IMG/VR virus record: IMGVR_UViG_3300046170_000229
Coordinates: 1 to 52,932 of that record
DNA length: 52,932 nucleotides
Strand: one strand, 5' to 3'
From: a virus
Lineage: Duplodnaviria > Caudoviricetes
The position numbers and the translations under genes were made by a program. The stretch's first letter is position 1. Each line of letters begins with the position of its first letter. This document shows, one piece after another, positions 1-10,783 of the stretch. The notes beneath the pieces were generated by a model that had not been told where the DNA came from, made no database searches, and saw nothing but the letters and a program-made list of their open reading frames with translations.

Positions 1-2
1 TA

Positions 3-617
3 GCAGTAGAAGATTCAGGAGATATGAATTTTTCCCCTACTGAACAACCTCAAGAAGAAATTACATATGAAACAGTCGAATTAGAAATGCAAGATTTTGA
101 AATAGATATTCCTGAGCCAGAGATAGTTGAAGTTGAGATACAAGCAGAAATTGAAATTGAACTAGAAATGAAAATGGAAGAAAGTATTGAAGTTGATGAT
201 GTAGAGGAAACTGTTAATGAGAAACCTACAGAAAAAGATACAACAGAAGTTAACAATGAAACAGATGAAAAACCTGTTGTGGAAGATAACGATAGTTCCG
301 AGCAGAAAGAAGTTAAAGAGTCTCAAGAAGAACCTGAACAAAAATCAGTAAAAGAACCTTCTGCAAAAGAAAAAGCTGCAACAAAGATAGTTAAAAAAAT
401 TAATGATAAAGAAAGATATGATGATGCAGCACAAATGAAAACTTTAATTGTAATGCAAATTTTAGGAAACACTAAAACATTTTTTGATACACAATCAACA
501 ATAGTAGATACTAATGTTAATGAGTATTTAAATAAAACAATAGAAGACCAATATGGACTTTTATTTCAATTAGCACAAGATGTAAGCATGGAGGATATGA
601 TTAATGCCCAGTATTGA
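3..617 (+). CDS. C-terminal part of an acidic, probably secreted protein whose N-terminal part is 52087..52932 (gene split by the window edge)
   Basis: Frame is open from position 3 (AVEDSGD then M at 24); Glu-rich; style continues the unterminated ORF at the window end; stop overlaps the next start. Confidence 0.7.
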   Translation, partial: AVEDSGDMNFSPTEQPQEEITYETVELEMQDFEIDIPEPEIVEVEIQAEIEIELEMKMEESIEVDDVEETVNEKPTEKDTTEVNNETDEKPVVEDNDSSEQKEVKESQEEPEQKSVKEPSAKEKAATKIVKKINDKERYDDAAQMKTLIVMQILGNTKTFFDTQSTIVDTNVNEYLNKTIEDQYGLLFQLAQDVSMEDMINAQY

Positions 618-1065
618 GTATTCAGGTTTAAAGGTAAGTGGAGGTAAAGCCTTCGCTATACTTACTCTATTAGGTGCATTAGGTAGTGGTGCTTGGGCAG
701 TTTTTGAATTTTGGAAAGATTATCAAGATATGAAAGGTAAAATATTAGAATACACTGCTCCTGATTTATCACAATATGATGAGGGTATGGCAGTACTAAA
801 ATCAGAAGTAGATATGATACTTCAAGAAATAACCATAATATCTGATGTAGCCCGTGATATGCGTTCAGATATGAAGGCAGATTTAAGGCAGCAAAGTTCA
901 GATATCAGACATATAACTGAGATTGTAAATGATGTTGAAGATAGACAGAAAGCCGACACAAGAGAGATATTTGATGAGATTAAAATTATTGAAGATAATC
1001 TTAGTCTAGAATTAAACAAAGCTTTGAACAATCCTTTATCTGGAATGTCAGCAAAAAGTAAATAG
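604..1065 (+). CDS. Membrane-anchored coiled-coil protein
   Basis: GGAGG upstream; one hydrophobic helix (AFAILTLLGALGSGAWAVF) followed by heptad-like sequence. Confidence 0.75.
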   Translation: MPSIEYSGLKVSGGKAFAILTLLGALGSGAWAVFEFWKDYQDMKGKILEYTAPDLSQYDEGMAVLKSEVDMILQEITIISDVARDMRSDMKADLRQQSSDIRHITEIVNDVEDRQKADTREIFDEIKIIEDNLSLELNKALNNPLSGMSAKSK

Positions 1066-1073
1066 GAGAACAT

Positions 1074-1361
1074 ATGTCTTTAAAAAAATTAGAAGATAGA
1101 GTAGAAGAACTTAGAAAAGAAAATAAAATCTTAAAGAAAGAATATAAAGAAATTGTAACACACAATAAATTTCTATTAGATAGATTAGAGCAGTGGGCAG
1201 AAAGAAACTTTCAAGAGAGACAGAAACGTATGAACATGACTGTTGATGAAGTGGTTGCCTTTAATAAAGATAAACATGATTATGCTAAAGATAAAGAACT
1301 TGCTAAGACATGGGAAAAGCAGGAAGAGCGTGTAGCACAAATGAAGGCATCAAACGGATGA
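1074..1361 (+). CDS. Hypothetical coiled-coil protein
   Basis: AGGAG SD; charged heptad pattern. Confidence 0.7.
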   Translation: MSLKKLEDRVEELRKENKILKKEYKEIVTHNKFLLDRLEQWAERNFQERQKRMNMTVDEVVAFNKDKHDYAKDKELAKTWEKQEERVAQMKASNG

Positions 1362-1558
1362 AATTAGATATGAAAACAATACTACCCTATCTAGTACTAT
1401 TGGTAACCATTGGTATGACATGGGGTATGTTTTCAGAAAGATTAGACGCAGTAGAACGTAAAGCAGATACTGTATCACAAATACAGCAAGACATAGCAGT
1501 AATAAAAGAAAAAATTATGTGGATGGAAGCATATATGATTAAAGGGAGTAAAAATTAA
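1358..1558 (+). CDS. Small membrane protein with coiled coil (likely start MKLDMK at 1358)
   Basis: ATGA overlap with the previous stop; TM segment ILPYLVLLVTIGMTWGMF. Confidence 0.65.
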   Translation: MKLDMKTILPYLVLLVTIGMTWGMFSERLDAVERKADTVSQIQQDIAVIKEKIMWMEAYMIKGSKN

Positions 1559-3054
1559 TGGCATATAAACCTTATGAAGATTTATCAGAACAACAAAAGC
1601 AATTATTTGCAGATGAAGGTTCATACAAATCTTTTATGGATACTACACAACCAGAACCTAAAGCAACAGGAACTACACGAGAACAGCAAGTAAGTGCTAT
1701 ACAACAAGCTTTACCTACAACCAGAACAGATACGTCTGCTTTAACACAAGCAACGACTGCTGCTCAAATGGTTCAGCCTACATTACCTAGTGGTACTTCT
1801 ATTACTCCTCAGCTACAACAAGCACAGACAGCAGAAATGCAGACAACTCCCGGAGTAACAACAACTGCACCTATTGCACAAGCTACTACTACAACAGCCC
1901 CCACTGTAACTGCAGCTACTCCTACAACTGCTGCTCAAGTTGCCCCTACAGACTTTTCAAAAACTTATCAAACTTATAATGCAACTTTAGGACAACCTGC
2001 ACAACAAATGACTGCCGCTACAGGAAGTGTTACACAACCTGCTATTGCAGCTACAATGAATATTGCAGATATACCTAAAGAGGCTACTGTTCTAGGGCAG
2101 TTAGAAAATATATCAAATGATGTTGTTCAAGCACAACAAGCAGGACAACCTTTACCTGTATTTGCTAGTGCTGCTCAAAGAGTAGCTGATGCTGCTATGG
2201 CAAAGAGAGGTTTAAGTTCTTCTAGTATTGCTGCTGAAGCTATTGCAAGAGGCGTTCTCGATGCATCTATTCCTATTGCTCAACAAGATGCTCAAACGTA
2301 TTCCCAAGTAGTATTTCAAAATTTGAATAATAGACAACAAGCGGCTGTTTTAAATGCTCAACAGTATTTTCAAATGGATATGGCAAACTTGTCTAATAAT
2401 CAACAGGCTAATTTACAAAATTCTCAGTACAGACAACAAAGTTTATTATCTGACCAAGCTGCTCAAAATGCTGCATCTCAATTTAATGCTGAAAGCCAAC
2501 AACAAACTGACCAATTCTTTGATAACTTACAGTCTCAAATTAAACAATATAATTCTAATGCTTATAATAGTATGGCACAGTTTAATACGTCAGAACAAAA
2601 CAGAATTTCTGCTTTAAATGCACAAAATAAAGCTGAAGTAGATAAAGCCAACGCAGAAAGAGAAACACAAATAAATCAATTTAACTCTACATTACAAGAT
2701 GCAAGAGATAAATTTAATGTAGAAAATCAACGTGTCATTGACCAATCAAATGTGACATGGAGAAGACAAATAAACACTGCAAATACAGCAGCAATTAACG
2801 CATCAAATCAAGCTAACGCAGCAAACTTATTAGGTATATCTAATTATGCTATGTCAGCTTTATGGCAACAATGGAGAGATGAAGCTTCTTGGGCTAATAC
2901 TTCTTCTGAAAATGCTTTAAATAGACAGCATAACTTAGCAGTTGCTGCTCTAGAAAGACAAGCCGCATTTGATTTAAATGATGATTCTCAAAAATCAAGA
3001 TTATATGAATTGATGGGTGAGTTTGCTGTTTCTGTTATTGCAGGAAAAATGTAG
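1558..3054 (+). CDS. Putative internal virion (ejection) protein, Q/A/N/T-rich
   Basis: 498 aa; QFN/ANL-rich helical repeats; position after the tail genes as in podoviruses. Confidence 0.7.
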   Translation: MAYKPYEDLSEQQKQLFADEGSYKSFMDTTQPEPKATGTTREQQVSAIQQALPTTRTDTSALTQATTAAQMVQPTLPSGTSITPQLQQAQTAEMQTTPGVTTTAPIAQATTTTAPTVTAATPTTAAQVAPTDFSKTYQTYNATLGQPAQQMTAATGSVTQPAIAATMNIADIPKEATVLGQLENISNDVVQAQQAGQPLPVFASAAQRVADAAMAKRGLSSSSIAAEAIARGVLDASIPIAQQDAQTYSQVVFQNLNNRQQAAVLNAQQYFQMDMANLSNNQQANLQNSQYRQQSLLSDQAAQNAASQFNAESQQQTDQFFDNLQSQIKQYNSNAYNSMAQFNTSEQNRISALNAQNKAEVDKANAERETQINQFNSTLQDARDKFNVENQRVIDQSNVTWRRQINTANTAAINASNQANAANLLGISNYAMSALWQQWRDEASWANTSSENALNRQHNLAVAALERQAAFDLNDDSQKSRLYELMGEFAVSVIAGKM

Positions 3055-3063
3055 GAGGAATTA

Positions 3064-3351
3064 ATGTTAGATTTTTTAGGTAGTATAGGCTCAAGTGTAG
3101 CCACCATATTTGGTGGAGATATAGGAAGTATGGTAAAAACAGGAGCAACCACAATGCTCAAAAACAGAATGGCAGGTGGAGGGTCAGACCAACCTAGTCT
3201 TCTAACTAAACCTCAATCTTTAGGAACGGATGAAATGCCTACTTATGCATTAGATGCCCCAAAGGAAACTAAAACCCCTGAAGTAGCCGACTACGAAAAC
3301 TTTTTAGCAGAGTGGACTGAGATTATGAGAAGATTTGCGAGGTATCAATAA
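3064..3351 (+). CDS. Hypothetical virion-module protein
   Basis: Strong AGGAGG SD; translationally coupled to the next gene. Confidence 0.7.
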   Translation: MLDFLGSIGSSVATIFGGDIGSMVKTGATTMLKNRMAGGGSDQPSLLTKPQSLGTDEMPTYALDAPKETKTPEVADYENFLAEWTEIMRRFARYQ

Positions 3352-3851
3352 TGTCTAAGTATAATAATTTTGATGCACCTATTCCGGGGCAATCTTTAAC
3401 TGACACTCCCGGTAACTATCCTTGGGAACATTCTCCTAATGTTACTAGAGTAGAAGACGCTATGATGTACTTAACAGAAAGATTTACAGAAGAAGAAAAT
3501 GCACAAAATTTAGTAAGCATGTTAAAAGCAGGTGTACCTGTAGAAGCTATAGCTAGGGTTGTATTGTTTGCAGGATTTACAGAAGGTAAGTGGTCAGTTG
3601 ATTTGGCAATACTTATTGGAGAACCCTTAATGAAATTAATTGCAGCTATTGGTTCAAGACTAGGATTAAAAGAAATGTATATATCTATGAAACGTAAAAA
3701 GAAAACTAACGTAGGTGATGAAATGATAGTCAGAAATGAAGTTAGTAAATCTATGGAAGATATAGAAGAAGAGTTATCAGAGAAAGAAGATACAGAAGAA
3801 AAAGAACCTATGCCTATAGGTTTAATGTCTAAAGAAGAGGAGATAGAATAA
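3351..3851 (+). CDS. Conserved virion-module protein
   Basis: FDAPIPGQSLT...YPWE motif that I recognise from this phage group; acidic C-terminus. Confidence 0.75.
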   Translation: MSKYNNFDAPIPGQSLTDTPGNYPWEHSPNVTRVEDAMMYLTERFTEEENAQNLVSMLKAGVPVEAIARVVLFAGFTEGKWSVDLAILIGEPLMKLIAAIGSRLGLKEMYISMKRKKKTNVGDEMIVRNEVSKSMEDIEEELSEKEDTEEKEPMPIGLMSKEEEIE

Positions 3852-4894
3852 TGGCTAATTTTTTAACTAGTTTTGCAACAGGTGGATTAAAAGCAGGAAT
3901 AAATCAAATGAATAGAGTAGTAGAAGAAAGAGGAGAAATTCTTGATAATTTAAGACCCTCTGTGCAAGAAAAATTTAGTTTACTAAATGATAATACTAAA
4001 AAATATTCTGATATTTATAAGAAAGTTTCTAAATTTGATGGTGGTCAAACAGCGTTTAATTATTTCTTTGATAGGGGAGATATAGATACTTCTTTGTCTA
4101 CCGATGAAGCTACAAAAGCTATTATGGATAATGCTAGTATGATTCCTCAAGACTATATTGCAGGTGATACCATCTCAGGTCAAGAAAGAATATCTAAAAT
4201 GTATGAAGGTGGTGTAGATAGTATTAATAATTATATTACAGATGTAGGAACTAAGCATAAGTTAGGTACTAGAACATCTGATTTACTTTTAAAAGAAGGT
4301 AATCCTGCATTAGCAGGTGCTAGTCCTACCGATGTTTTAGAGCAACAATTAAAAGTTCCTGTAAACTCTATGCAATATGCTCCGGGAGTATTAGGTGGTA
4401 CTCCTAGTGATAGAAAAAACGATTTACTATTACGTGCTACTGTTATTAATGCATATACAATGAAGAATTTAAATAGACCTGCAACAACAGAAGAATTAAT
4501 GAATAATGAAATAGCAGATGCAGCAGGTACTTATGCTATACAACCTCAAGAAATGTCATTGTATAATGATGCTATTGGTGAAAAAGATGTTAGGAATAAT
4601 ATGTTAGTTGAATTATTTAAAGGCTATATGCAAAATGAAGCTATCATATCTAATTTTAAAACAGACCAAGATTTAAGTGATGAAGAAAACTTAGCAAATC
4701 AAATAAATAATTTTCAGAATATATATAATAATTTGATAGGACCACTACTAACACCTTCTGCAGGTAACGCAGAAACACAAGCTAATAATTATGTAGCTAT
4801 GTTACAGTCTAGACTCTTAGAAACAGAAGAAGGTTCTGAAAAAGAAGCTGAAGTGTTAAAAGAAATAGAAGAATACTTCCAGTCAAATAGTTAA
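3851..4894 (+). CDS. Putative internal virion protein
   Basis: N-terminal MANFLTSFATGG; coupled operon position. Confidence 0.65.
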   Translation: MANFLTSFATGGLKAGINQMNRVVEERGEILDNLRPSVQEKFSLLNDNTKKYSDIYKKVSKFDGGQTAFNYFFDRGDIDTSLSTDEATKAIMDNASMIPQDYIAGDTISGQERISKMYEGGVDSINNYITDVGTKHKLGTRTSDLLLKEGNPALAGASPTDVLEQQLKVPVNSMQYAPGVLGGTPSDRKNDLLLRATVINAYTMKNLNRPATTEELMNNEIADAAGTYAIQPQEMSLYNDAIGEKDVRNNMLVELFKGYMQNEAIISNFKTDQDLSDEENLANQINNFQNIYNNLIGPLLTPSAGNAETQANNYVAMLQSRLLETEEGSEKEAEVLKEIEEYFQSNS

Positions 4895-4896
4895 AA

Positions 4897-7800
4897 ATGG
4901 ATAGAACACAAGCTTTAAAAGCTTTAGAATCTGCTAAAGCAGTAAAAACTCCTATTACAGAAATAAAAGATAGCAGTCTTGATAGAAATACAGCTTTAGA
5001 ATTACTAGACTCACAACAAAAAGAAGTTGTTACAGATTCTATTGGTATAACTAGAAAAGACGCACTTGAGGCAATTGAATCTTATAATAAAGGTAACCCT
5101 CAACAATATGACTTATCTAATGGTACTGCTAATGTACCAACTCAAGAATACTTAAAAGTATTTACTCCTGAAGTAGATGATATTCTTTCATCTAATGCCT
5201 TCACTGATGAAGGCTTACTCAAACCTATTAGAAGTTTAAAATATGGTTATCTACAATCATCATCAAACTTATATAATATCTTATCTAATATCCCCGGTGG
5301 CGTAAACAGATTTAAAAACTTTATGACAGGACAGACTAGTAAAAGTCCTGAAGAACTTCTTATGTCTGACGACAGAACTGACCAATTAAATTTAATGGAA
5401 CAGGCAGAGAAATATTTAAAGACTATAGCTTATGATGTTGCTCCTAAAGGAATAACAGATGATAGACTTATTGATAAAATATATCAAGGCGTTGGGGCAA
5501 CCCCCGTGACAGTGGCTCAGTACATTCCCGCAACTAGAGCAGCAGGTGTTTTAGCAAAACCCCTTTCTAAAATAACTCCCACAAAACTTAAAAAATTAAA
5601 TGATAAATACTTTAATTTAGTTAATCCTACATCTATGGGATTGGCTGCAACTGATGTATTAGCTACCTCTGACCAAGGTTTTGGTGATGCTTCTATTGCA
5701 GGTATAAAAGGTTTAATCCTTGGTAATGCTTTAAAAGGTACAGAAGGATTAAATGTAAATGCTAGAATTACAACTTTAGGAACTTTAGGTTTTGCATCAA
5801 CAGAAGGTTCGTTTGATGATAGAGTATCGGGTGCGGTGACCTTTGGATTACTAGGTGGTTTTGGAAGACTGGAAGGTAGGACATTAAAAGAAATAAATAG
5901 AGATTTTAAAGATACTTATGAATTTAGAAAAGGTGTTTTAGAAAATAGATATAATAAAGAATATATAGAGACTTCTGAAAAGTTTAAAGTCCAAGAAGAA
6001 AAAGAACAAGCTAAGATGATGGACTATTTAGACAAAGTAGACACATTAACTCAACAAAAATCTATAGCTGAGAAAGCATTAGAAAAAGGTGAAAAAAGTA
6101 TCAGCCAAAAAGGTATTGATGATATTCAAAAAAGTATTGATAAGTATAATACTTTATTAGAAAGAGAAATTAAGAAAAATAAAATAACTAAACCTTATTT
6201 TGATGCTATAACAGCAGAAAAAATGGATATTAGAAATGCTGTAGAAGTATTTAAAGATTTATTTTATACAGTAAAAGATGGTAAAAATTTAAAAACAAAA
6301 AAGAAATATAAAGATATAGATGATGGAACTATATCTTCCATAGCAGGTAAATATTTATTACCTCCTAAGTTTATGAAGAATCATCCACTTCCTAAATACA
6401 TAGCAGATAGAGTATCTTTGTCAAAATTGAATGGTAGTTTACGATTTAATGATTTAATAAAATCGGACAAAGTAAATGATGTCAAATACAAATATGAAGG
6501 TGATGTTGCAAGTAGATTTAGTTTTGTTCCGGGAATGAAATCTACAAAAATTAAAGCAGACCCTAATTCTTACGAAGGCACATTAAAAAATATAACATCA
6601 AAAGAAGCTTATGGTGTCATGGAAGCAATGATAAAAATAGAACAACGTTACGTTGATTTTATTAATGCAAAGAAAAAAGATAAAGCAAAAATGAAATATT
6701 TCTTTGATAAGAAAGGTAATGCGAAAGTAAATTTAGTAGAAAAAGAATATGGCTTAAACGAAAATCAAATGAAACATTATCTTGCTAAAAGATATGCATA
6801 TGATTTAGCACATAAAGATTTGATAGCTACCCTAACAGAATCAGGTGCTAAGACTAACATCCCTAAAAGTTTACCTAACTTTATGGTACACGCTTTTCCG
6901 GGAGAGTACAGAGTGTATGCTAAAAAAGAAACTAAGAAAGGTGATGTTACAATACAAACTTATGGTGTTGAAAGTTCTAAACAAGCTAAACAATTAATAG
7001 AAAAATTAAAAGAGAAAGACGCAGATTTAAATTATAACTTTAACAAAAGAGATATGCCTTCAGACAGAAGAGCAATAGACCAATTCTCTGAAGTTTTTGG
7101 ATATATAAAAAATGATAGTAAAGCAACTGCAGCATTAGATACGGCTTATCGAGAATTTTTATTAAAAAATTTACCTAAACATTTTATGAAAAGAAAGAAA
7201 GACAGGTATATTACAGGTTTTGCAGGTACTAATCCTTTTAAATCAGACGTAAAAAATGTAGAAGAATTTCATCGAGCAGAGATACAGTATTTTGATGGTA
7301 TTACTCAAGCTATTGAAAAAATAAAATTTGATAGAGATGTTAATTTTGTTTTAAATCATCAAGGTAAAGCTAAAAATCTTTACCCTAATGCAGTTGCTCT
7401 ATCTAAGGCAGTAATTAATAATGCATTTGGAAGAGAAAATAATAAATTTACTAGAAATGTAGATAAGTTAATTGAAAACTATACCCCATTTGAATCAGCA
7501 GGTAAATTTTTCGATGGTGTAAATAGATTTACTTTAGTATCTAAACTACTAGCTTACAACGTAAGATTTGGAACAGCTTCATTTTTACAACCTTATCAAA
7601 TGGTCATACCTAGATTAAGAAGGTTAAATGATTTAGGAATAACAACTGAAAATCCTTGGAACTCTTTATTCCAAGCATATAGAGATATGTTTTTACCAAG
7701 CAAAGAAGCGAAGCAAGTAATAAAATATTTTGCAGAAGAAGGTGGATTAGCTAGTGCAAAGTTTCTAGATGAATTTAATAGTGTAGATTTTTTAGGAAAA

Positions 7801-9066
7801 ATACAAGTATCTACAAAAGATGTATTATCTAAAAAAGGTAAAAAGAAAATAGGTAAAGGTAGGGTTATAGAAGTTTTATCAGGTAAAAAAATAGCTGCAC
7901 ATATAGAAATGTATTCTCGTACTATTGCAGGTCTGATGTTTTATAACCATCTTAAAAAAGCAGGATATGATACTAAGTCTGCAATGAAAAATGCTGCTTA
8001 CCAAGCTAATAACGCAATGGTTGAATATGATGCAGAAGTAAGACCTCTTCTATATGGACCTGAAACAGGGCTAGGTTATATAGGTAAGAGTGCAGGTTTA
8101 TTTAAAACATTTCAACATAACTATTTAGCACAAATGATAGAGTATGTAAAAACAACGAAACAAACAGGTAAGGTATCTGGACTACAAGGATTTATAGGTA
8201 GTATGATTATGTATAGTGGTTTGTTAGGGGTTGTAGGTATAGGTGCTGCTGACCAACTAATAAGAGGTTATAATGCAGTAACTGGTTCTAATAATAGAGA
8301 TATGACTACATTTTTAATGGACCAAGGATTTCCTGATTGGGCTTTATTTGGCGGTGTATCTGGAGTAGCAGATGTTAATATATCTATAACAACAGCAGCA
8401 CCGGGGTTAGCCTCAGACCAATTGATAAGTTTTCCGGGATTTGAATATGTTGGAGGTATAGGAAAAGAGATGCTTGTTCTAGCAAATAAAGCAAGGTTAC
8501 AGATGCAAACAGATGGAATGTTAACACCTAAAGATTTTCTTATTCCCCTAAGAGCAGCAGCACCTAACTCATTACATGGTATTATAGAATTATATTATAA
8601 TTCTCTTGCTCAAGGAAAACCTATGATAAGTTTTTTAAATACAGAAGGTGAAGAAAAAACTATATTTTTAGACGCAAAGAAAAATTTAAGAGCCTATCCC
8701 CCAAGAGAAGCATTAGATTGGTATAAAAAAATATTTTTAACAGCTACTAGTGTGGATGAAGCTAGAAATTTAAAAGCTTTATTTCACTATAGTAGATATA
8801 AAACACAGTCAGAAAAAGTGGATGATAAATATGTAGCTATGGCAGTATCTACATTTTTAAGTTCAGGAGGAGAATTTATTCCTCAGTCTTACTATGACAT
8901 AATGGCTAGTGAAGGGCTAACAAAAAAACAAGCAGATGATAAAATTATTAATAAATTAAAATCATTAAAAGAAACAAGTCTAGATAAATTTTTAAAGCAA
9001 AAACCTTCAAGTGTAAAAGCTATAGAGGAAGTAGAAATGCTAGAAAGAATGTTAGGTAATCAGTGA
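4897..9066 (+). CDS. Large internal virion/ejection protein
   Basis: 1389 aa, largest ORF, directly before the lysis genes; no catalytic motif recognised. Confidence 0.7.
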   Translation: MDRTQALKALESAKAVKTPITEIKDSSLDRNTALELLDSQQKEVVTDSIGITRKDALEAIESYNKGNPQQYDLSNGTANVPTQEYLKVFTPEVDDILSSNAFTDEGLLKPIRSLKYGYLQSSSNLYNILSNIPGGVNRFKNFMTGQTSKSPEELLMSDDRTDQLNLMEQAEKYLKTIAYDVAPKGITDDRLIDKIYQGVGATPVTVAQYIPATRAAGVLAKPLSKITPTKLKKLNDKYFNLVNPTSMGLAATDVLATSDQGFGDASIAGIKGLILGNALKGTEGLNVNARITTLGTLGFASTEGSFDDRVSGAVTFGLLGGFGRLEGRTLKEINRDFKDTYEFRKGVLENRYNKEYIETSEKFKVQEEKEQAKMMDYLDKVDTLTQQKSIAEKALEKGEKSISQKGIDDIQKSIDKYNTLLEREIKKNKITKPYFDAITAEKMDIRNAVEVFKDLFYTVKDGKNLKTKKKYKDIDDGTISSIAGKYLLPPKFMKNHPLPKYIADRVSLSKLNGSLRFNDLIKSDKVNDVKYKYEGDVASRFSFVPGMKSTKIKADPNSYEGTLKNITSKEAYGVMEAMIKIEQRYVDFINAKKKDKAKMKYFFDKKGNAKVNLVEKEYGLNENQMKHYLAKRYAYDLAHKDLIATLTESGAKTNIPKSLPNFMVHAFPGEYRVYAKKETKKGDVTIQTYGVESSKQAKQLIEKLKEKDADLNYNFNKRDMPSDRRAIDQFSEVFGYIKNDSKATAALDTAYREFLLKNLPKHFMKRKKDRYITGFAGTNPFKSDVKNVEEFHRAEIQYFDGITQAIEKIKFDRDVNFVLNHQGKAKNLYPNAVALSKAVINNAFGRENNKFTRNVDKLIENYTPFESAGKFFDGVNRFTLVSKLLAYNVRFGTASFLQPYQMVIPRLRRLNDLGITTENPWNSLFQAYRDMFLPSKEAKQVIKYFAEEGGLASAKFLDEFNSVDFLGKIQVSTKDVLSKKGKKKIGKGRVIEVLSGKKIAAHIEMYSRTIAGLMFYNHLKKAGYDTKSAMKNAAYQANNAMVEYDAEVRPLLYGPETGLGYIGKSAGLFKTFQHNYLAQMIEYVKTTKQTGKVSGLQGFIGSMIMYSGLLGVVGIGAADQLIRGYNAVTGSNNRDMTTFLMDQGFPDWALFGGVSGVADVNISITTAAPGLASDQLISFPGFEYVGGIGKEMLVLANKARLQMQTDGMLTPKDFLIPLRAAAPNSLHGIIELYYNSLAQGKPMISFLNTEGEEKTIFLDAKKNLRAYPPREALDWYKKIFLTATSVDEARNLKALFHYSRYKTQSEKVDDKYVAMAVSTFLSSGGEFIPQSYYDIMASEGLTKKQADDKIINKLKSLKETSLDKFLKQKPSSVKAIEEVEMLERMLGNQ

Positions 9067-9314
9067 AATTTGTTTTAGTACTTATTGTATTCTTTGTAGG
9101 AGAAAATAATCCTAATATGTACAGATATATCTATGTAGATTTTATAGATGAAAATACTTGTTTATTATTTAAAGAACAACAAGGAAAACTATTACAAGAA
9201 AGTATTAGTAATCAATTCAAACATAAAGACATTGACTATCAAGAAATTCAATGTTGGACACTAGAACAGTGGATAAAAGAAGATAAAAGAAGAAGAAGAG
9301 GAGTAGAAGCATAA
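9063..9314 (+). CDS. Small protein with N-terminal hydrophobic segment and two Cys, lysis-adjacent
   Basis: GTGA overlap start; KFVLVLIVFFV. Confidence 0.6.
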   Translation: MKFVLVLIVFFVGENNPNMYRYIYVDFIDENTCLLFKEQQGKLLQESISNQFKHKDIDYQEIQCWTLEQWIKEDKRRRRGVEA

Positions 9315-9709
9315 TGTTAAATATGTTATTAGGTCCTATTACTACTATAATGGGAGATACAATTAAAGGGTTTGTAGCGACTAAGAAAGCTAAAGCAGAC
9401 CTAGCACTAACGGAAATTAAAGCACAGAAATCACTTAAAGAACAGCAAATAGCAGGGAAAATTGGTTGGGAGGCTTCGGCTGTTGACCAAATGAAAGGGT
9501 CGTGGAAAGATGAGGTAATTTTACTAGCCTTATTAATTCCTGCGGTACTAGTATTCATACCCGGATGGACACCTCATATTAAAGCAGGGTTTGAAGCCCT
9601 ACACTCATTGCCTGATTACTATAAACATCTTTTATACATAGCTTGTTCAGCAAGTTTTGGTATTAAAGGTGCTAAAGGTGCTATGGGGCTTATTACAAAA
9701 AAGAAATAA
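9314..9709 (+). CDS. Putative holin (3TM-holin-like)
   Basis: SWKDE motif, hydrophobic helices, basic C-terminus, adjacent to lysozyme. Confidence 0.7.
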   Translation: MLNMLLGPITTIMGDTIKGFVATKKAKADLALTEIKAQKSLKEQQIAGKIGWEASAVDQMKGSWKDEVILLALLIPAVLVFIPGWTPHIKAGFEALHSLPDYYKHLLYIACSASFGIKGAKGAMGLITKKK

Positions 9710-9734
9710 TTTAACTAAAGTTATAGGAGAAATA

Positions 9735-10166
9735 ATGTCAGATATAATTAAAGATGCATTAAAAGAAAGAATTAAACAACATGAAGGATATAGACTAGAT
9801 ACTTATATAGATACCCTTGGATTCAAAACAGGGGGCTATGGTCATAAAATGCTACCCGGAGAAGAGCCTCCTAAAGATAAAGAAGGATGGGATAAAATAT
9901 TTGATGAAGATTTTGACAAGGCATGGAACTTAATGGAGAAATTTTGTGCTGAAAATAATCTTGATTTACCTGCTAAAGCTAAAGGTATTATATGTGAAAT
10001 GATTTTCCAAATGGGATTTGCAGGAGTTTCTAAATTTAAAAATATGATTAGATATTTAAAAGATGGTAACTTCCCTGATGCAGCAAATGAAATGATGCGG
10101 TCGAGATGGTATAAACAAACCCCTAATAGGTCAAGAGCATTAAGTATGGAAATGAGAAACGTTTAA
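9735..10166 (+). CDS. Endolysin, T4-lysozyme-like (GH24)
   Basis: HEGYRLDTYIDTLGFKTGGYGH catalytic E-D-T region; MIFQMG; SRWYKQTPNR; AGGAG SD before ATG 9735. Confidence 0.9.
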   Translation: MSDIIKDALKERIKQHEGYRLDTYIDTLGFKTGGYGHKMLPGEEPPKDKEGWDKIFDEDFDKAWNLMEKFCAENNLDLPAKAKGIICEMIFQMGFAGVSKFKNMIRYLKDGNFPDAANEMMRSRWYKQTPNRSRALSMEMRNV

Positions 10167-10420
10167 TTCATATTTATAGTGTTTTTAATTCTGTCATATA
10201 AATTCTCATAAATATAAATAGTATCGTAAATAATAGAAGATAATAATACTGAGTTTTCATAATCAGGAAATTTTTCTTTGAACACATTAATTAAATCAGA
10301 AGGTTTAATATAATCTAAATTTAATTTTATTTCTCCACTTTTATCTAATTTAACTACAATAGTAGCAAGGTTACTACTTACCTTGTTTTTTTGAGATAAA
10401 GTCCGCATTGACTTTTTCAT
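10163..10420 (-). CDS. Hypothetical protein, last gene of the replication arm
   Basis: ORF converges on lysozyme with a 4-nt stop overlap. Confidence 0.6.
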   Translation of the reverse strand: MKKSMRTLSQKNKVSSNLATIVVKLDKSGEIKLNLDYIKPSDLINVFKEKFPDYENSVLLSSIIYDTIYIYENLYDRIKNTINMN

Positions 10421-10538
10421 CTAACTCTCTCAGTTTACCAAGTATCTCTATTAATCTTATTACTTCCCCATAGGGTCTAGTAAATAAGTATCTTAGTAAT
10501 GTTTGTATTTCTTCGTTATTAATTATGTATGTTTTCAT
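10374..10538 (-). CDS. Small hypothetical protein (54 aa, not in ORF track)
   Basis: GGAGG SD; MKTYIINNEEIQTLLRYLFTRPYGEVIRLIEILGKL... Confidence 0.7.
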   Translation of the reverse strand: MKTYIINNEEIQTLLRYLFTRPYGEVIRLIEILGKLRELDEKVNADFISKKQGK

Positions 10539-10546
10539 ACTGCCTC

Positions 10547-10783
10547 CTAATTAGTAATTAAATTGCCTTCACCCATTTCTTTCTCAAATTGTATTAGGTA
10601 ATCCATATACCACTTTGCTTTTCTTAAATCTTCAAAACCATTCTTTTCTCTGTGACGAGATAAATATTTCCAAATCTGACCTTTTAAATAACCTCGAAAC
10701 TCATCTGATGTAAGCTGTGATTTAATAGCTTCAATAGTTTCTATGGTCTTAGCCTTATAATAATTTGGATTTATTTTATCCAT
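10547..10783 (-). CDS. DUF3310 / T7 gp1.7-like protein
   Basis: INPNYY...ETIEAI...GYLKGQIWKYLSR..EKNGFEDLRKAKWY. Confidence 0.8.
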   Translation of the reverse strand: MDKINPNYYKAKTIETIEAIKSQLTSDEFRGYLKGQIWKYLSRHREKNGFEDLRKAKWYMDYLIQFEKEMGEGNLITN